Shown here: piece by piece, positions 24,206 through 36,248 of the stretch | Numbering within the stretch: the stretch's first letter is position 1 | Layout: every line of letters starts with the position of its first letter | NCBI RefSeq assembly: GCF_902459465.1 | Contig: NC_047074.1 | Location: 14,694,001-14,758,000 of the forward strand | DNA: 64,000 nucleotides | DNA from: Asterias rubens | Lineage: Eukaryota | Reading direction: 5' to 3' | Made by a program: the position numbers and the translations under genes | The notes under the pieces: model-generated | What the model was told of the DNA's origin: nothing | The model's input: the letters and a program-made list of their open reading frames with translations, nothing else | Database searches by the model: none

Positions 24206-27200
24206 ATGAAGTTTAAAAAGCACACCATCCCAGTAGAGCCTCCAGACGGTGGTTGGGGTTGGATCGTAGCAATCGGCAGTAACCTTATGTTGCAATGTGT
24301 CCTTATCACTCGAAGCATTGGAGTCTTCTTTATTGAATGGAAACAGTCCTTTGGTGCCTCAGCAGCCGAAGTCGGAGCAGTTGGAAGTGTTCATATGGCT
24401 TCCTTTCTCTTTATTGGTAGGGGAGCTAATTTTCTTTAAATGTTTAACTTTGATACCATATCATATCATATTGAAGAAAATTCAAATTTGTAAAGGGCAC
24501 CACAGCAAAAGCACAGGGCACTACAGTATACGTTTAGAACGGTTAACATTCCAGGGTAAAAATGAGAGTTTACAATTAGTGGCATATAAATATTAGATGT
24601 TAATTTTGCATTTTGTAGGGATAAATATAATATAATTCACTTTCTACCCTTCGGTGTAAGGGTACAATTCAACTAATTGCAAAAGATTTCAGAACAATGG
24701 TCATGAATGTTTTGTGAGTTTATTATGAAGTATGATAATTATGATATCAAATTTACCATTGATTTTGAATGATTTTACACCAGGTCCTTTTGGAGGGTAT
24801 CTCTGTCGTCGTTTTGGAAGTCGTCGATTAGCTTTATTAGGTGGAGTGATTGCATTTACCGGTATGATACTCGCTTCTCAATCAAAGACACTCAGTCAAC
24901 TCATGTTGTCCTTTGGATTTTTAACAGGTATGTTTTCCATAATTCAAAATAAGATTGTTTAATGGCGATAGGTACATTTCATCTAATAAATCTGAAAACC
25001 TTGTCTAAAAGAAATTAGCTCATTTTACAAAAACATATCAATGTGCTTGCTATATAGTAGTGTCCTGGTATATTGGGTCAATAACATTCCAAAAATCTTT
25101 CTCAGCTCGCTCGGGAGTATGCAGCCCCAATCTGCCATTGCACTCGGAAGGCTTTTTCAAACACAATATCAACCTCTACCCTCACAGATACCAATTTATA
25201 CCTCTGGGTGAAGTATATTGCTCAAGGACATAAGTGTCATGAGCAGGATTCAAACCTACACTCTGATGACGTAATTACCAGAATTTGAGTTTGATGCTCT
25301 AAACCACTCCGCCATGACAACCTATTAATGCTGGCTATGTATGTTGTCATGTTATACAAAAAGCATACAGCTATTATTATTCATAAATTATTGTTTCTGT
25401 TTGATTCCCCTGTGTACAGGTATCGGATGTGGATTTGGATACATCAGCGCCCAAAATATCATCAGTAAATATTTCAAGAAACGTTTTGCCATCGCTAACG
25501 GTATAAGCAGCGCTGGTTTAGGTTTTGCGATTATGGTGTTCCCAGTACTTGCACGTTTCCTTATTGATTTATATGACTGGGAAGGAGCTATGCTTGTATT
25601 TGCTGGAATTGTAGCTCATATAATTGCCATGGGAATGCTCTTCAGACCGTTGCGTAGAACTTCAGTAAAGAAAGCGACCAATCATGTTGAAAGCTCTGAA
25701 GAGCAGATTGCGGGGTTACAACCTCCTGAAGAAGATGTTAGCTCACTTCAGGATGAAGTGATATCCACGTCTAATGATGAAGTGGATGCAAATGGCAGTA
25801 ACGGACACTCACACAGGAAAGATTATACACAACTATCAACTTGTGCTTCAAGGGGAGATGGACAAGATGAAGATGATGCAAAGCCTTGCCGAGAAACTCT
25901 TGAGTCTCATCGAACCTCAAACAACTACCGACCAGTGGCTCTCGACCCATCAAATGATTCCTTACAACGAAAACTAAAGCAAAGACGACCGACTAATGCA
26001 TCTATTTATGTGAAGAAATCATTCCGACAGTTCATTAGAGGATCAGGAATCCATCTCATCAAAAGTCATCATTGTTTCAACTTGATCTGCCTCGTTCAAC
26101 TCACGAATGGGATGGGGTACTCTTCCGTAATGACTCACATTGTCGCTTATGCCATTTATGCTGGAGTCCCGGAGCTAGATGCAGCAATTCTGTTATCAAT
26201 CATAGGAGTTGGAAGTTTAATCGGTCGACTTATCTCCGGACCCATCATTGATTTCAAGATTATCTCTGCTGTTAAGTTTTACCCGATGGTTGTTTTCATC
26301 GCGGGCTTGTCGGTCGTGATTTGTCCGCTCGTTCAATCGTTTGCTGGACTTGTTGCCATTGTTGCAATCTTAGGCATCTCTACTGGCATTTACAAAGCTC
26401 TGAACACTGTCCTGATTAGACTGTTTCTGGGAGCAGATCTTCTGTCACTTGGAATTGGACTTTTCATGCCATATATGGGCATCGGTTCTATTGTTGGACC
26501 AATATTTGTAGGTAAGTTTCAAGCACAGTAGGGTTGGAAGATATCCAATTGGTCATTGAAAGCTACTTTTACAATTTTAATCTCAATTTAACTCTCTACA
26601 ACAACAGAATCAAAGATGTTTTACTTGACACTTGCTAGATGTTTCTTAGATAAACATTGCAATCTTGAAACATTATGCACAACAAAATGATGACAAGTGG
26701 AACTGGTGGGAATTTTCTCATTAGAAACAACTTTGTGAAATGATTGTAAATGGTTGGGATAGTTCCCTTTCTGTATTTCAAAGCGTAGGTCTTGTTTCCA
26801 CACAACTCAATATTATTATGGGTGCGTTGTCGTGGCTGAAGGGTTAAAAGCACCAGACTGTTTCTGATCAGCAGAGTGTTGGTTCGTAACCCAGTTTTTA
26901 CGTTTGTGCCCTTGAGCAAGATACTTATTAACCATAATTGCTTTTTCCTTCAGATGGGACATTATTCCATAGGTCCCGTGCAAAGTCATTTTCATTTCGC
27001 ACTTTCATTGGAAAATCTTAATGTCTATGAGAAACATTTAAAAGGGAACCAAGGCCTAACCAGGGGCTTCGAGGCTGTGGATTCGGTTGCCTTCCTGCAA
27101 TTCCAGGCATGAACTAGTCCTCCATGTTTTAAAGACAGTGTACACTACTGGTAATTGTCAAAGATCAGTCTTCTCACTTGGTGTATCTCAACATATGCAT

Positions 27201-27640
27201 AAAATAACAAACCTGTCAAAATTTGAGCTTGATCGGTCGTCGGAGTGGCAAGATAACTATGAAAGAAAAAAACACCCTTGTCACACGAAGTTGTGTGCGT
27301 TTAGATGGTTGATTTTGAGACCTCAAGTTCTAAACTTGCCTTTAAACTAGCATTTTGCGAGGACATTGCCTTACAATTGTTTTTTATTGTTTATTATTAC
27401 CACGTCAACATTCACTTGTTATTTTCCTCTGTAGGTTGGCTTTATGACATCAATGGAAAGTATAACGTTGCACTCCATGTTTCTGGAAGTATCACGATGA
27501 TAGGTGCCTTCTCTTTCTTACTCTTGCCCTACTTGAAGAAGATTGAACAGAGAGCAGCCAAGAAAGCGTCGACTTTTGACAAAGATCTTGAAGATGTTGA
27601 TGTCCAGATAGGAAGTACCATTTCAATACCAGATATTTAA
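24206..27640 (+). CDS. Monocarboxylate transporter family protein (SLC16/MCT, MFS), 4 exons, about 550 aa
   Basis: Exons 24206-24416, 24784-24927, 25420-26511, 27435-27640; GT-AG, all phase 1, total 1653 nt. MCT signature PPDGGWGWIV, plus GPFGGYLCRRFGSRR, YFKKRFAIANGISSAG, WEGAMLVFAGI, GRLISG and GPIFVGWLYD; long hydrophilic central loop. Confidence 0.93.
25090..25320 (-). mobile_element. tRNA-derived SINE (degenerate)
   Basis: Minus strand reads GTCATGGCGGAGTGGTTTAGAGCATC...GTAGGTTTGAATCCTGCTCATGACACTTATGTCCTTGAGCAA, i.e. A-box and B-box followed by a TCCTTGAGCAA core. Confidence 0.65.
26829..26985 (+). mobile_element. tRNA-derived SINE (same family as 25090, 44725, 45060, 57740)
   Basis: GTCGTGGCTGAAGGGTTAAAAGCACCAGAC...GGTTCGTAACCC...GTGCCCTTGAGCAAGATACTT. 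Confidence 0.7.
27129..27345. mobile_element. TTAA-flanked MITE, family A, internally deleted
   Basis: TTAA-AGACAGTGTACACTACTGGTAATTGTC ... AAACTTGCCT-TTAA. Confidence 0.75.
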
Positions 27641-27781
27641 AGAAACCAATTTTTAATCGTACGAATCCCACCCGAGTAATATGTCTGTGATTTTAATCAC
27701 AGAGCTCAAGAAAGTACTGAGTATACAGTGCTAACAAACATCGGTGTGTAATGAGTAAAAACCAAAATGAATGATATTTAG

Positions 27782-27965
27782 TAAGTCACTGTTGTCCAGT
27801 GGTTAGACTGCATGACTCACAATCACAAGGTTGTGGGCTCGAATCCTACAATGTAACCATTGCTTTCACAGGGACTACAATAAGTATTGTTGTCTATTTC
27901 CAATGGTTGTGGGTTCGAATCTTACCAAGTTAGTTGATGATTTCACAATGACTGGAATAAGTACT
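27782..27965 (+). mobile_element. Tandem degenerate tRNA-like SINE heads
   Basis: GTCCAGTGGTTAGACTG...GGGCTCGAATCCTAC followed by a second GGGTTCGAATCTTACC, each followed by a similar AATAAGTA(T/C)TG tail. Confidence 0.55.
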
Positions 27966-29400
27966 GTCTTCCAGTTACTTCATAACAATTAATGATATAT
28001 GCAGTTCAAACTGACATAAAACCAATGTTTGTAGGAGAGGGATTGGCTGTTGCATCCCCTTAGCTGGAGCTTTACTGAGCTCCCTTGAATGAAGATCATC
28101 GAATAAAGAAATGGTTAAATTTGGAAATATTGTGAATATTTAAAAAGCTTAATTTGATAAGTTCTAACGTTTTTAATCACTAAGGAGAGTGACTGCATTG
28201 ATCTTATGTTAACATCATTTGCCTTTTGTGTACAAAGTATTTCAATCAACTCTTATAAAACATGTTTTCAAAGAAATGAAAACCTTTGTCATCCAATTAG
28301 CTAAACTGTTAGTAATGATTAATGTCTACCAACAAACACACAAGTCTGATGTTTTGATTACAAGTGAATCAGTTTATTGGTGCTTGGAGTGGCATATCTA
28401 ATGGTTCGGGGGGGGGGGGGACATGGGGCTCCCCAACCTTCGGCTCAGGCGGCTTGATGTTCCAGGGGTTCTTAGGGGGCCCAGGGACCCTTAAGGGGCC
28501 TTAGGGTGACCTTAGGGTGACCTTAGGGTGACCTTGGGGTACCAGGGGCCCATTTCACAAAGCAATAAAATTCATCGCAAGACAAACTGTCTGTATTACC
28601 ATAGTGGTTTCAGTATTTAATGTTGGATAACAGAAGGTTTGAATCGGAAATCTCTTAAATGCTGATATTTCAATATGTATCAAATGCTGCAAATTGTACC
28701 TGTGTAAAATAATGTATAAATGAGACGCCAAAGTATTTATACTTTTTTTCCCGAAAAGTATTATCAAACTTCACATACTACCAAGTACTTAGCTCGTAAC
28801 GTTGGTATTTGACTATTTTATGTATTATTTATATGAACTAATTTTGGTTGTGAAGCATGAGGATTCTCAGCAAACTAAACCAAAAACACAATGAAGAGAA
28901 GATAAGGATCGAAGTTTCAGATTTGGGAGGGAAAACTTTGAGAATTATTATAGGGAAAACCCACGCAAGTAGGGACCGCAAACCTATATAGCGGTCCTAC
29001 TAAAAGCTGACAAGTCCAGAGCGAATGACAGCAAATAAACCAAAGACTTGTTAATAGCTTTGTAATATAAAAAAACAGATGTCATAGCAAAACTTCACGA
29101 AAAGTCTGAATTTTGAACCAGTAATGAGCTGTCAGACGCCATATTGGCTTAAAAACCGTGTTTCGACCAGTCCATTAAGAATATTTTTCTGTTGTATAAT
29201 AATTTTCATGACGAAAGGGTTGTTATTTCCAATTAAACAAACATGGCATTACAAGCTACTTCCTTTGTTTTTTTGTCAATTTGTTTTATTTAATTACGAT
29301 ATTTGCATTAAACGTATTGGACTTTGGGGAAATTTAACCATTACTTTGGAAGTATCAATTTGTGTTTCTAGACTGGGGCGAAGAAGATGAGTTACAGTGT

Positions 29401-29779
29401 TTAAGGAACACGTTGCCTTGGATCGGTCGAGTTGGTCTTTGAAAAGTGTGTTAGAAAATTGATATGGTTAGAAAGATGTTGTAAAAGTAGAATACAATGA
29501 TCTACACAAAATTAATATGCCTCGAAATTTCGTGGTTTTCGTTTTACCTCGTCGACTAACACGGTCGGCCATTTATGGGAGTCAAAAAGTTGACTCCCAT
29601 AAATGGCCGACCGTAAATGGCGACGTAAAATAAAAACCGTGCAATTTTGAGTGATACTTGTGTGGATCATTATATTCTACTTTTAAAACATCTTTCCAAC
29701 CATATCCATTTCATAACAAATGGTTTCAAACGCTTTTTTATAACCAACTCGTCCGATCCAGGGTAACGTGTTCCTTTAA
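29401..29779. mobile_element. TTAA-flanked MITE, family B, with internal palindrome
   Basis: TTAA-GGAACACGTTGCCTTGGATCGGTCGAGTTGG ... CCAACTCGTCCGATCCAGGGTAACGTGTTCCT-TTAA; internal hairpin GGTCGGCCATTTATGGGAGTCAA...TTGACTCCCATAAATGGCCGACC. Confidence 0.88.
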
Positions 29780-30355
29780 GATTTGGGATTGAACAAAATA
29801 TAGTTTCATTTGGAGGGATGACTTGAACCATCAACCAACATTAGAAGATTAAAACAATAGAATGGTTCTGAAACCAAAGATGTCCTTAATTAATTCAAAC
29901 ACGCGTTTTGAATGACAACTGGGGAGGTTGGCTGTAAACCACGTGTTGGGTCGCGAGTCCGAACACAAAATCAACTGAAGTCTTTCTGACTGTTTTTCTT
30001 GATACTGCATGAAGCATGTGTATTGCCTGATGTCTCAACCATGCTTGTCATACCTCGGTAACAAACTGGGAAGTTTGATTGGTCGAGAACCAATCACGTG
30101 ACGCGCAACAAAAACGCATGTTACATGGCTCGAAGGGTCGGGTAACATGAAAAGTGATGTACACCGGTGTACGTAACCTTGATCGTTTCCAGCGTTGGTC
30201 GATTTCCAGCGCTCTGTACGAAACAACCGCGGGTTCGAGGGCATTGTTTCTTGTTCGTCTGCTTATTAAACAATGAATAGTCCGTCGTAATAATGTTTGA
30301 AGATGACAACAGAACTTCGAGAAGAGGAATAACAATTAAACAAAGGTATAACAAA

Positions 30356-30499
30356 ACAATTGTTGCACGCTGTGACTGGGGTCCATGGGTTTTGTACGTG
30401 ACCTCGAGGGGAAATGGCACCCTGGGCTTCGCCTCGGTGCCATTTCCCCCCTCGGGTGTACAAAACGCCATGGACCCCGTCACAGCGTGCAACAATTGT
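30356..30499. repeat. Near-perfect 144-bp palindrome (hairpin element)
   Basis: ACAATTGTTGCACGCTGTGACTGGGGTCCATGGGTTTTGTAC...GGAAATGGCACC / GGTGCCATTTCC...GTACAAAACGCCATGGACCCCGTCACAGCGTGCAACAATTGT; apex GCTTCGC at 30426-30432. Confidence 0.9.
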
Positions 30500-30999
30500 A
30501 TACTGAACTCTAATAAAATTGGCCTATATCAAGCAACATGATTCATGGTAACCCCCTCCATTGGTTTGTTCACTGCCCACAGTGGAATTGAGTAAATATT
30601 TGGATAAAGATCAGGCGAACAAAATTAATCCCGTTGAGAACAACAGTGGTTTGGACTTTACACCCAAATGTGTTTGTACAGGCGCATTGGCCTAGTACGC
30701 CAATCGGGTAGGGTTTACCTTTCTAGAGTTTCAACATACAACGACATGTAGTTCGCAAAATAATAAACGTAGTTTCTGATTATGGATTGATCACATTATG
30801 AGCAGACATCGTTATGCCATTGATCTGCTGAAGTTGGATCGTTTTGAGGTACCGTAAAAAGGTGTGTTCTTTAATGGAAGTAATGTGCCATGTAACTCCA
30901 TGTTGTGACCTGAAAATGGAGATACACATGATGTTGTGACCTTTAAATAGAGATACCGGATGTTGTGACCTGTGATTGGAGCAAACGCTGAACTTGGAA

Positions 31000-33900
31000 A
31001 TGATCGGGTTCTTGGCCAAGATGGAGGATCAAGTTGAGGTTGTGACGTCATTATCTCGGAGATCACGATTTGTGATCTTAGTGTTGCTGTGTGTTTGCGT
31101 CTCTGTGCTGTACATCAAGTATACGGAGTCAAACAAGCCTACTGTAAGTTGAACTGGTATCATCGCAGTGTAGTATGGGGCGCCGTTTGTCCATTAATTG
31201 TTTGACACTTTTAAGGCAGGTTTTTACCATGGTTTACAGCAATTAGATGTAAACCATAGAAACTGTTGCCAAATCCTGTTATGGTTTACATACCAGTTAA
31301 GTATTTGTTGTGTATAAGTTTATGGTTTACAAACCATGAACATACAAAAAACATTTACAAATCGTGGTTCATAAACAATGACAATTTACGCATCTTAAAA
31401 ACATGGTTTATAAACCATAAAAAATGAAGCATCAAGTTCATGGTTTACAAATCATGGTTTATAAACCATGAAAATTGAGACATCTAAAAAACATGGCTTA
31501 TAAACCATGAAAATTGAAGAATAAAAATCGTGGTTTACAAATCAGATGAACTCAATTTATAAAACTTAAAAAAAAAAAAAAACATTTAACTAACACAGGC
31601 AAAACCTGGATGGAACACTATCAATAGTAGTAAACTTTCGGGGACAACCATGTGTAAATCTCTTTTGTGAAAAGAGCCGGTGTAGTCTCGACGTTTCGAA
31701 CTCTGCTGTGCTAGTCTTCAAGAGAAAGGATGCATGGACATGTTAGTGCACTAAAACGTCACGAAAACAATGAGAAACATTGACCCTCTTGTTATTTTGG
31801 GGGAAAAGGTTTTACCTTTTTTCAGGCAAAACAGTATAGTCTAAGGTAAGAGTCACAGATGACATCAATTGCATCCCCCAGAGGCTCAATGTTATTGGCG
31901 AGAGTTTCGATTTTTAGATTGAACAAAATCGGATAAAGCAATGATTAATATAGATTAGGGGATGGCCTCCTTTTTATGCTAAACAAACTTACATTGTGTT
32001 GCAGCGATTCATGGAGTGTAAACATTGAAACATTTTTTTTACTAGAATAATTATTTTAACGATTTTATTATTCACCTATAGTTACTTGTTTTTGTTGTCA
32101 TAGGTTCGATCACTTGATGATTTAAAACGACTATGGAATATCGGCCAACACCGTGACGATGACGTCATCGACCAAACTCACAAAAGCCCACCCACAATCA
32201 CTTGTGCAAAAAGTTCTTCTTACAGGTAAAGCAAACCAAATTTTATCATTTAACTCCTGGGTGAAAAGTCTTGTAATCCTGACACCATCGATAGATATAA
32301 ATTAAAAAAACATGGGTATCATGTGCATCATTTCCCAACAATTTTGACATCTAAATGACTTTATGACAAGTCCAGTTATTGTCTGGAATTAGTTGATCCC
32401 TTTAACCATCGCTGATTTATATATGTCTCTAAATATCCAAGTTCTTAACTTCTCATTCAAAATGTGTTTTTTTGTTTAAACTCCAACAAAATAAATAAAT
32501 AAATCTGGGACCGACCCCTCTATCGTCAGATAATAATATTGTGGATATTTTGTTGTCATAGCTGTCATAAAAACGTATGTATTATGTTTTTTATCTCAAC
32601 GTAGGAAGTTAATTTCTCTCAATATTGTGTCTTTCCGTAGGATCTTAGACTCAAGTGGTCTAGTGTTTCAGAAAGGATCTACTTTACGGCTTGTAATAGA
32701 GGCTAAAGACTTGGCGGGAACTAGAACAACACGAGGTGGTGACATGTGGTTTGCTACCCTCAACTCATTAAACCCAAAAGCTAGTACGTCAGGCAATGTG
32801 GTGGATAACGGTGACGGGACGTATCTGGTGCAATTCTACGCAGGATGGGTGGGTGTGGCAAAGATTGATATCATCTTGGCACATCCAAACGAGGCGTGTG
32901 TCTTTGTGGAAGAAAGGGTGTGGCCGGCAGAGGATCGCCAGGTGTGGTCGGGTGTATTTAGGGTCCAAGACGGGAAGAAATTAAAAACGACAAAGACAAC
33001 TTGTTTACTGCAACGAAATGGAACTAAGTGGGACAACACATGTGAATACTGGTACCCGGCAGAGATGGGAGACACCACGCTGGTGTGTGGGAAACCAGAG
33101 GATAAGAACACGTGGTCATGTGATGATTTGTACTCTTTAGGAATCATGAAAGCAAGAGTTGATTTGACTGCATCTGAACTCATTCAAGGGAAGGAGTATT
33201 TATTTGAAAAGTAAGTACAAGAGAAGGGGACTACCGTTGTCATCATCGACTATTGGTTGCACCTTCGCTTAGAGGCTTTTGCATTAGGCGCTTTACAAAT
33301 GTCTTTTTATTATTATTATTATCTGTAACGAAAAACAATTTATTCTGAGTAGCATCACGGTCTTTGGTTTGCGGAGTTCTCGAAACAAACACATTCTACT
33401 CAGCAAGATGGTGTTACCGCAATATATTGATACCTCACCGTGCAATGCCTCAAATCCCTTATGAATAACATACATCTCTTTATTGCATCATAGTAAACAC
33501 TGTTGGAGTGTTTAGAGACAAAATTACCCAAACCTACAGTCTCCTGGAAAATGTCCACCACTACCTGAGATTGAGAAAGGCTTGGAAATCGGTGGAGGTC
33601 GTTGGTTCAAATCCCACTCTAGTCAATTTGTCTTCGTCCAACCGCAAATCAAAACTCATATCACAGATTTATTTTCTACTGTCTTCTGTCTAGAGCGAAT
33701 GTGATGCAGATTGTTGAGCAGGGGCCAAAACACATCAAAATAGAAGGTAGGTTAAACAATAATATTCGCATTATCATTGACAATAATGAAATCCTATCCC
33801 AAATGTAGGTACCAATGACTTTCAGCACAAATTGGGCGACGTCACATAGACCAAGTTTTGCATCAATTAAACCTCAGCAGGTGTCAAACTTTCGTTGAGG

Positions 33901-35104
33901 ATATCGATTTTTTTATTTTTTTTTGCAAAAACAAGTTCAAGATTGCAGTGAGGAATTTCAAGTGGATGGCCTTTTTTCAGAACTGCTTTTTCCAAACCTT
34001 TGCTTACGCTCCTTCTTTGGACATTGTTTGGTGCTGGACAGTGGACACACCGTGCAAAAAGCACTTTCATACAGATGTGGCAGCCAATCAAGCACAATCC
34101 GAAGTTATACACTTCACAAATTAATACTTTGTGATCTTAAAAAACAGTAATTTCAGTTGCAATAGCTCCATATGAGAAGGTGACTTGGTGGTCGACAGCC
34201 AAAATTGGTCGACATCCAAAATCGGTCTGTGTAGCCCTCACCTTGAAGCGGCCGCCCGAGGCCGTGTGATGTAAGGCGATCTTTCATTATAATTTTGTTT
34301 TCTATTTTTTTTGCAGGAACACAAGATGTCCGTTCAGTTTCTCTTCCCCCGTGTCAGCCTGATCTACCCGATCAAACATCCGAAGGGTTTTGGTTCAAAG
34401 ATGAGTGGCAGTCTTTAAGATGCGGCAACACCCCGTGGCACAGCCCGACCGTTGATCACATCGCCCAGTGCTTCAAATGGAAGAACGTCTACTTTCTCGG
34501 TGACACCACAGCTCGGCAATTATTTGAAGCTTTCCATGAAGCCATCGGTTTAAAGTTCCTCCTCCGCAGTGACGATGCCCACTACCGATTCATACGTCAC
34601 CATTCTTCTTTAAATCTATCCGTTATGTACCAAGCTCGTCCTTTGTTAACGACCTCATCTCAAGTTCCCCTTGGAGAAACACGTTTTGAAACGGATATTT
34701 TAAACAACCTAAAAGTTCAAAAATGCAACAGTGTAATTTTGCTGAGCCCTTGGTCACATACCTTCTTAGATCGTATGAACTTTCTTGAGATGCTGAGACT
34801 TCTCAAGGGCGCCATAACCGACCTGCTTGTAAAATGCCCCAAGACACCAATAGCTGTAAGGGGGCCTCACCCTGGTGTACATGGTACATTCAAATCATCA
34901 GTATACGGTAATAACATTATCTTAGGAGATATCAGAGACATCTTGAAGGAAACGTTACAGGGGACTGGTGTTTTCTTTCTGGATAGTTGGGACATTAATG
35001 TGGCTTACCCAAGTCCCAATCATATTGTCTTGCCTGTAGATGTCGCCAAGCAGGAGGTTGCTTTGTTCATGTCTTATGTTTGTAAGGACTTCTCAGAACA
35101 ATGA
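31000..35104 (+). CDS. NXPE family protein (neurexophilin and PC-esterase domain), copy 1, 5 exons, about 558 aa
   Basis: Exons 31000-31143, 32104-32225, 32641-33210, 33694-33746, 34317-35104; GT-AG with consistent phases, total 1677 nt. N-terminal signal anchor FVILVLLCVCVSVLYI; TRGGDMWFA...VVDNGDGTYLVQF...W.G...I.L.HP.EA Ig-like region; GFWFKDEWQSLRC, VYFLGDTT.RQ, DSWD, FMSYVC. Confidence 0.9.
31225..31550. repeat. Degenerate array of the palindromic motif CATGGTTT(A/T)(T/C)AAACCATG
   Basis: Repeated CATGGTTTA and AAACCAT motifs in NXPE copy 1 intron 1. Confidence 0.7.
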
Positions 35105-35879
35105 TAATTGTAGACAGCACTTTGTTAAACGCACTTCTTAGAATACAGAATGTGATGAAGAATAAGTTCAGAAGTGTATTTACTTAATTTTTTACACATA
35201 CAACAGCATATTTAGCGCCAATAACAGGATGCTAGAAGAACTGTCATTATAACCATTTTTGTTTTCTGTGAAATATTTCCCTCTGAAATTATTTTTTGGT
35301 TTGAAGAACACTGAATGTGACCAACAAAAGGCTGGTTTCGGTCGTTACAACCTAACTGAATAACAAGATGTTTTACATGCTGAAAATCCTGCGAGTTTTG
35401 TTTTACTATTCTAAATGGTTGACTTAGATTATCAATATTGTTTTTAATTAACTGTGCAAGGCAAAATACTTTACACGTTCCTATAAGTCTTCTGGTTAAT
35501 GATAATTTTTACTTATCTGAAATCGTAACCAATTCACCCCAGTAAAAGAATTATTATCAGTAACAAGACAAATAAATTAAGTATATAAATAATAACATAC
35601 ACATGAGTGTTGTCTGCATTAAGAATGGCGTCAAATTCGTGTTTAAAACCATACAGAAACTGTTGGATTTAAATGTGCCTTGGAAAAAAGAGTAATGATC
35701 AATAAATAGAAAGAAAAAAAACTACAAAGAAGTACAAAATGAGTGCCGTTTTCATTAAGAAGTGTCCAATTAATGTATTATTTGTTGTATTCATAAAGCA
35801 GTGCAGAAACATTTTTAGTCATTTTCGGGAAGATGATGTTCGTTATAGGGCCACTCACACGAGGCAATTTCCATGCAAT

Positions 35880-36248
35880 TATGTCCTCTGTGCAATACTA
35901 TCCGGAGGACATTATTGCATATGCAATAATGTCCGCCGGACGGTGTTGCATATGCAATCGTGTCCACCCGGACGCTGCTGCACAATGCAATTTTGTCCGC
36001 CCGGACACATTTGCATATGTAGTTGTGTCCGCCCCTGTGCAAAACCGCCATTGCGGTAAATCTGCAATATTCATGCTGCTTCGTAGGTTCAGTGCTTTCA
36101 CGCGGCGGTTAGAAACGCGCGCACATACATGTACAGTCATGTACATGTCCACCGGACGGTTTTTGCATAGCCCCGGACACGATTGCATATGCAAAAGTGT
36201 CCGGAGTGAACAGTATTGCATGGTGGACACAATTGCATCTGACACCGG
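35880..36248. repeat. Degenerate repeat or transposon remnant built from TTGCATATGCAA and GTCC...GGAC palindromes
   Basis: Repeated ATTGCATATGCAAT and TGTCCGCCCGGAC-like motifs, ending in GACACCGG. Confidence 0.65.

Noticed and set aside
25341-25419. 5' extension of ORF 25341-26531, and likewise the ORF-track starts at 32627, 34295, 39695, 43258, 48158
   Set aside because: Upstream of clear polypyrimidine-AG acceptors or of the first ATG; not part of the spliced CDS.
27782-27965. tRNA-like A/B boxes here and at about 17120, 26830, 44725, 51552, 53670, 60095, 61935
   Set aside because: No complete cloverleaf or acceptor stem could be folded; degenerate and followed by SINE bodies, so not called tRNA genes.
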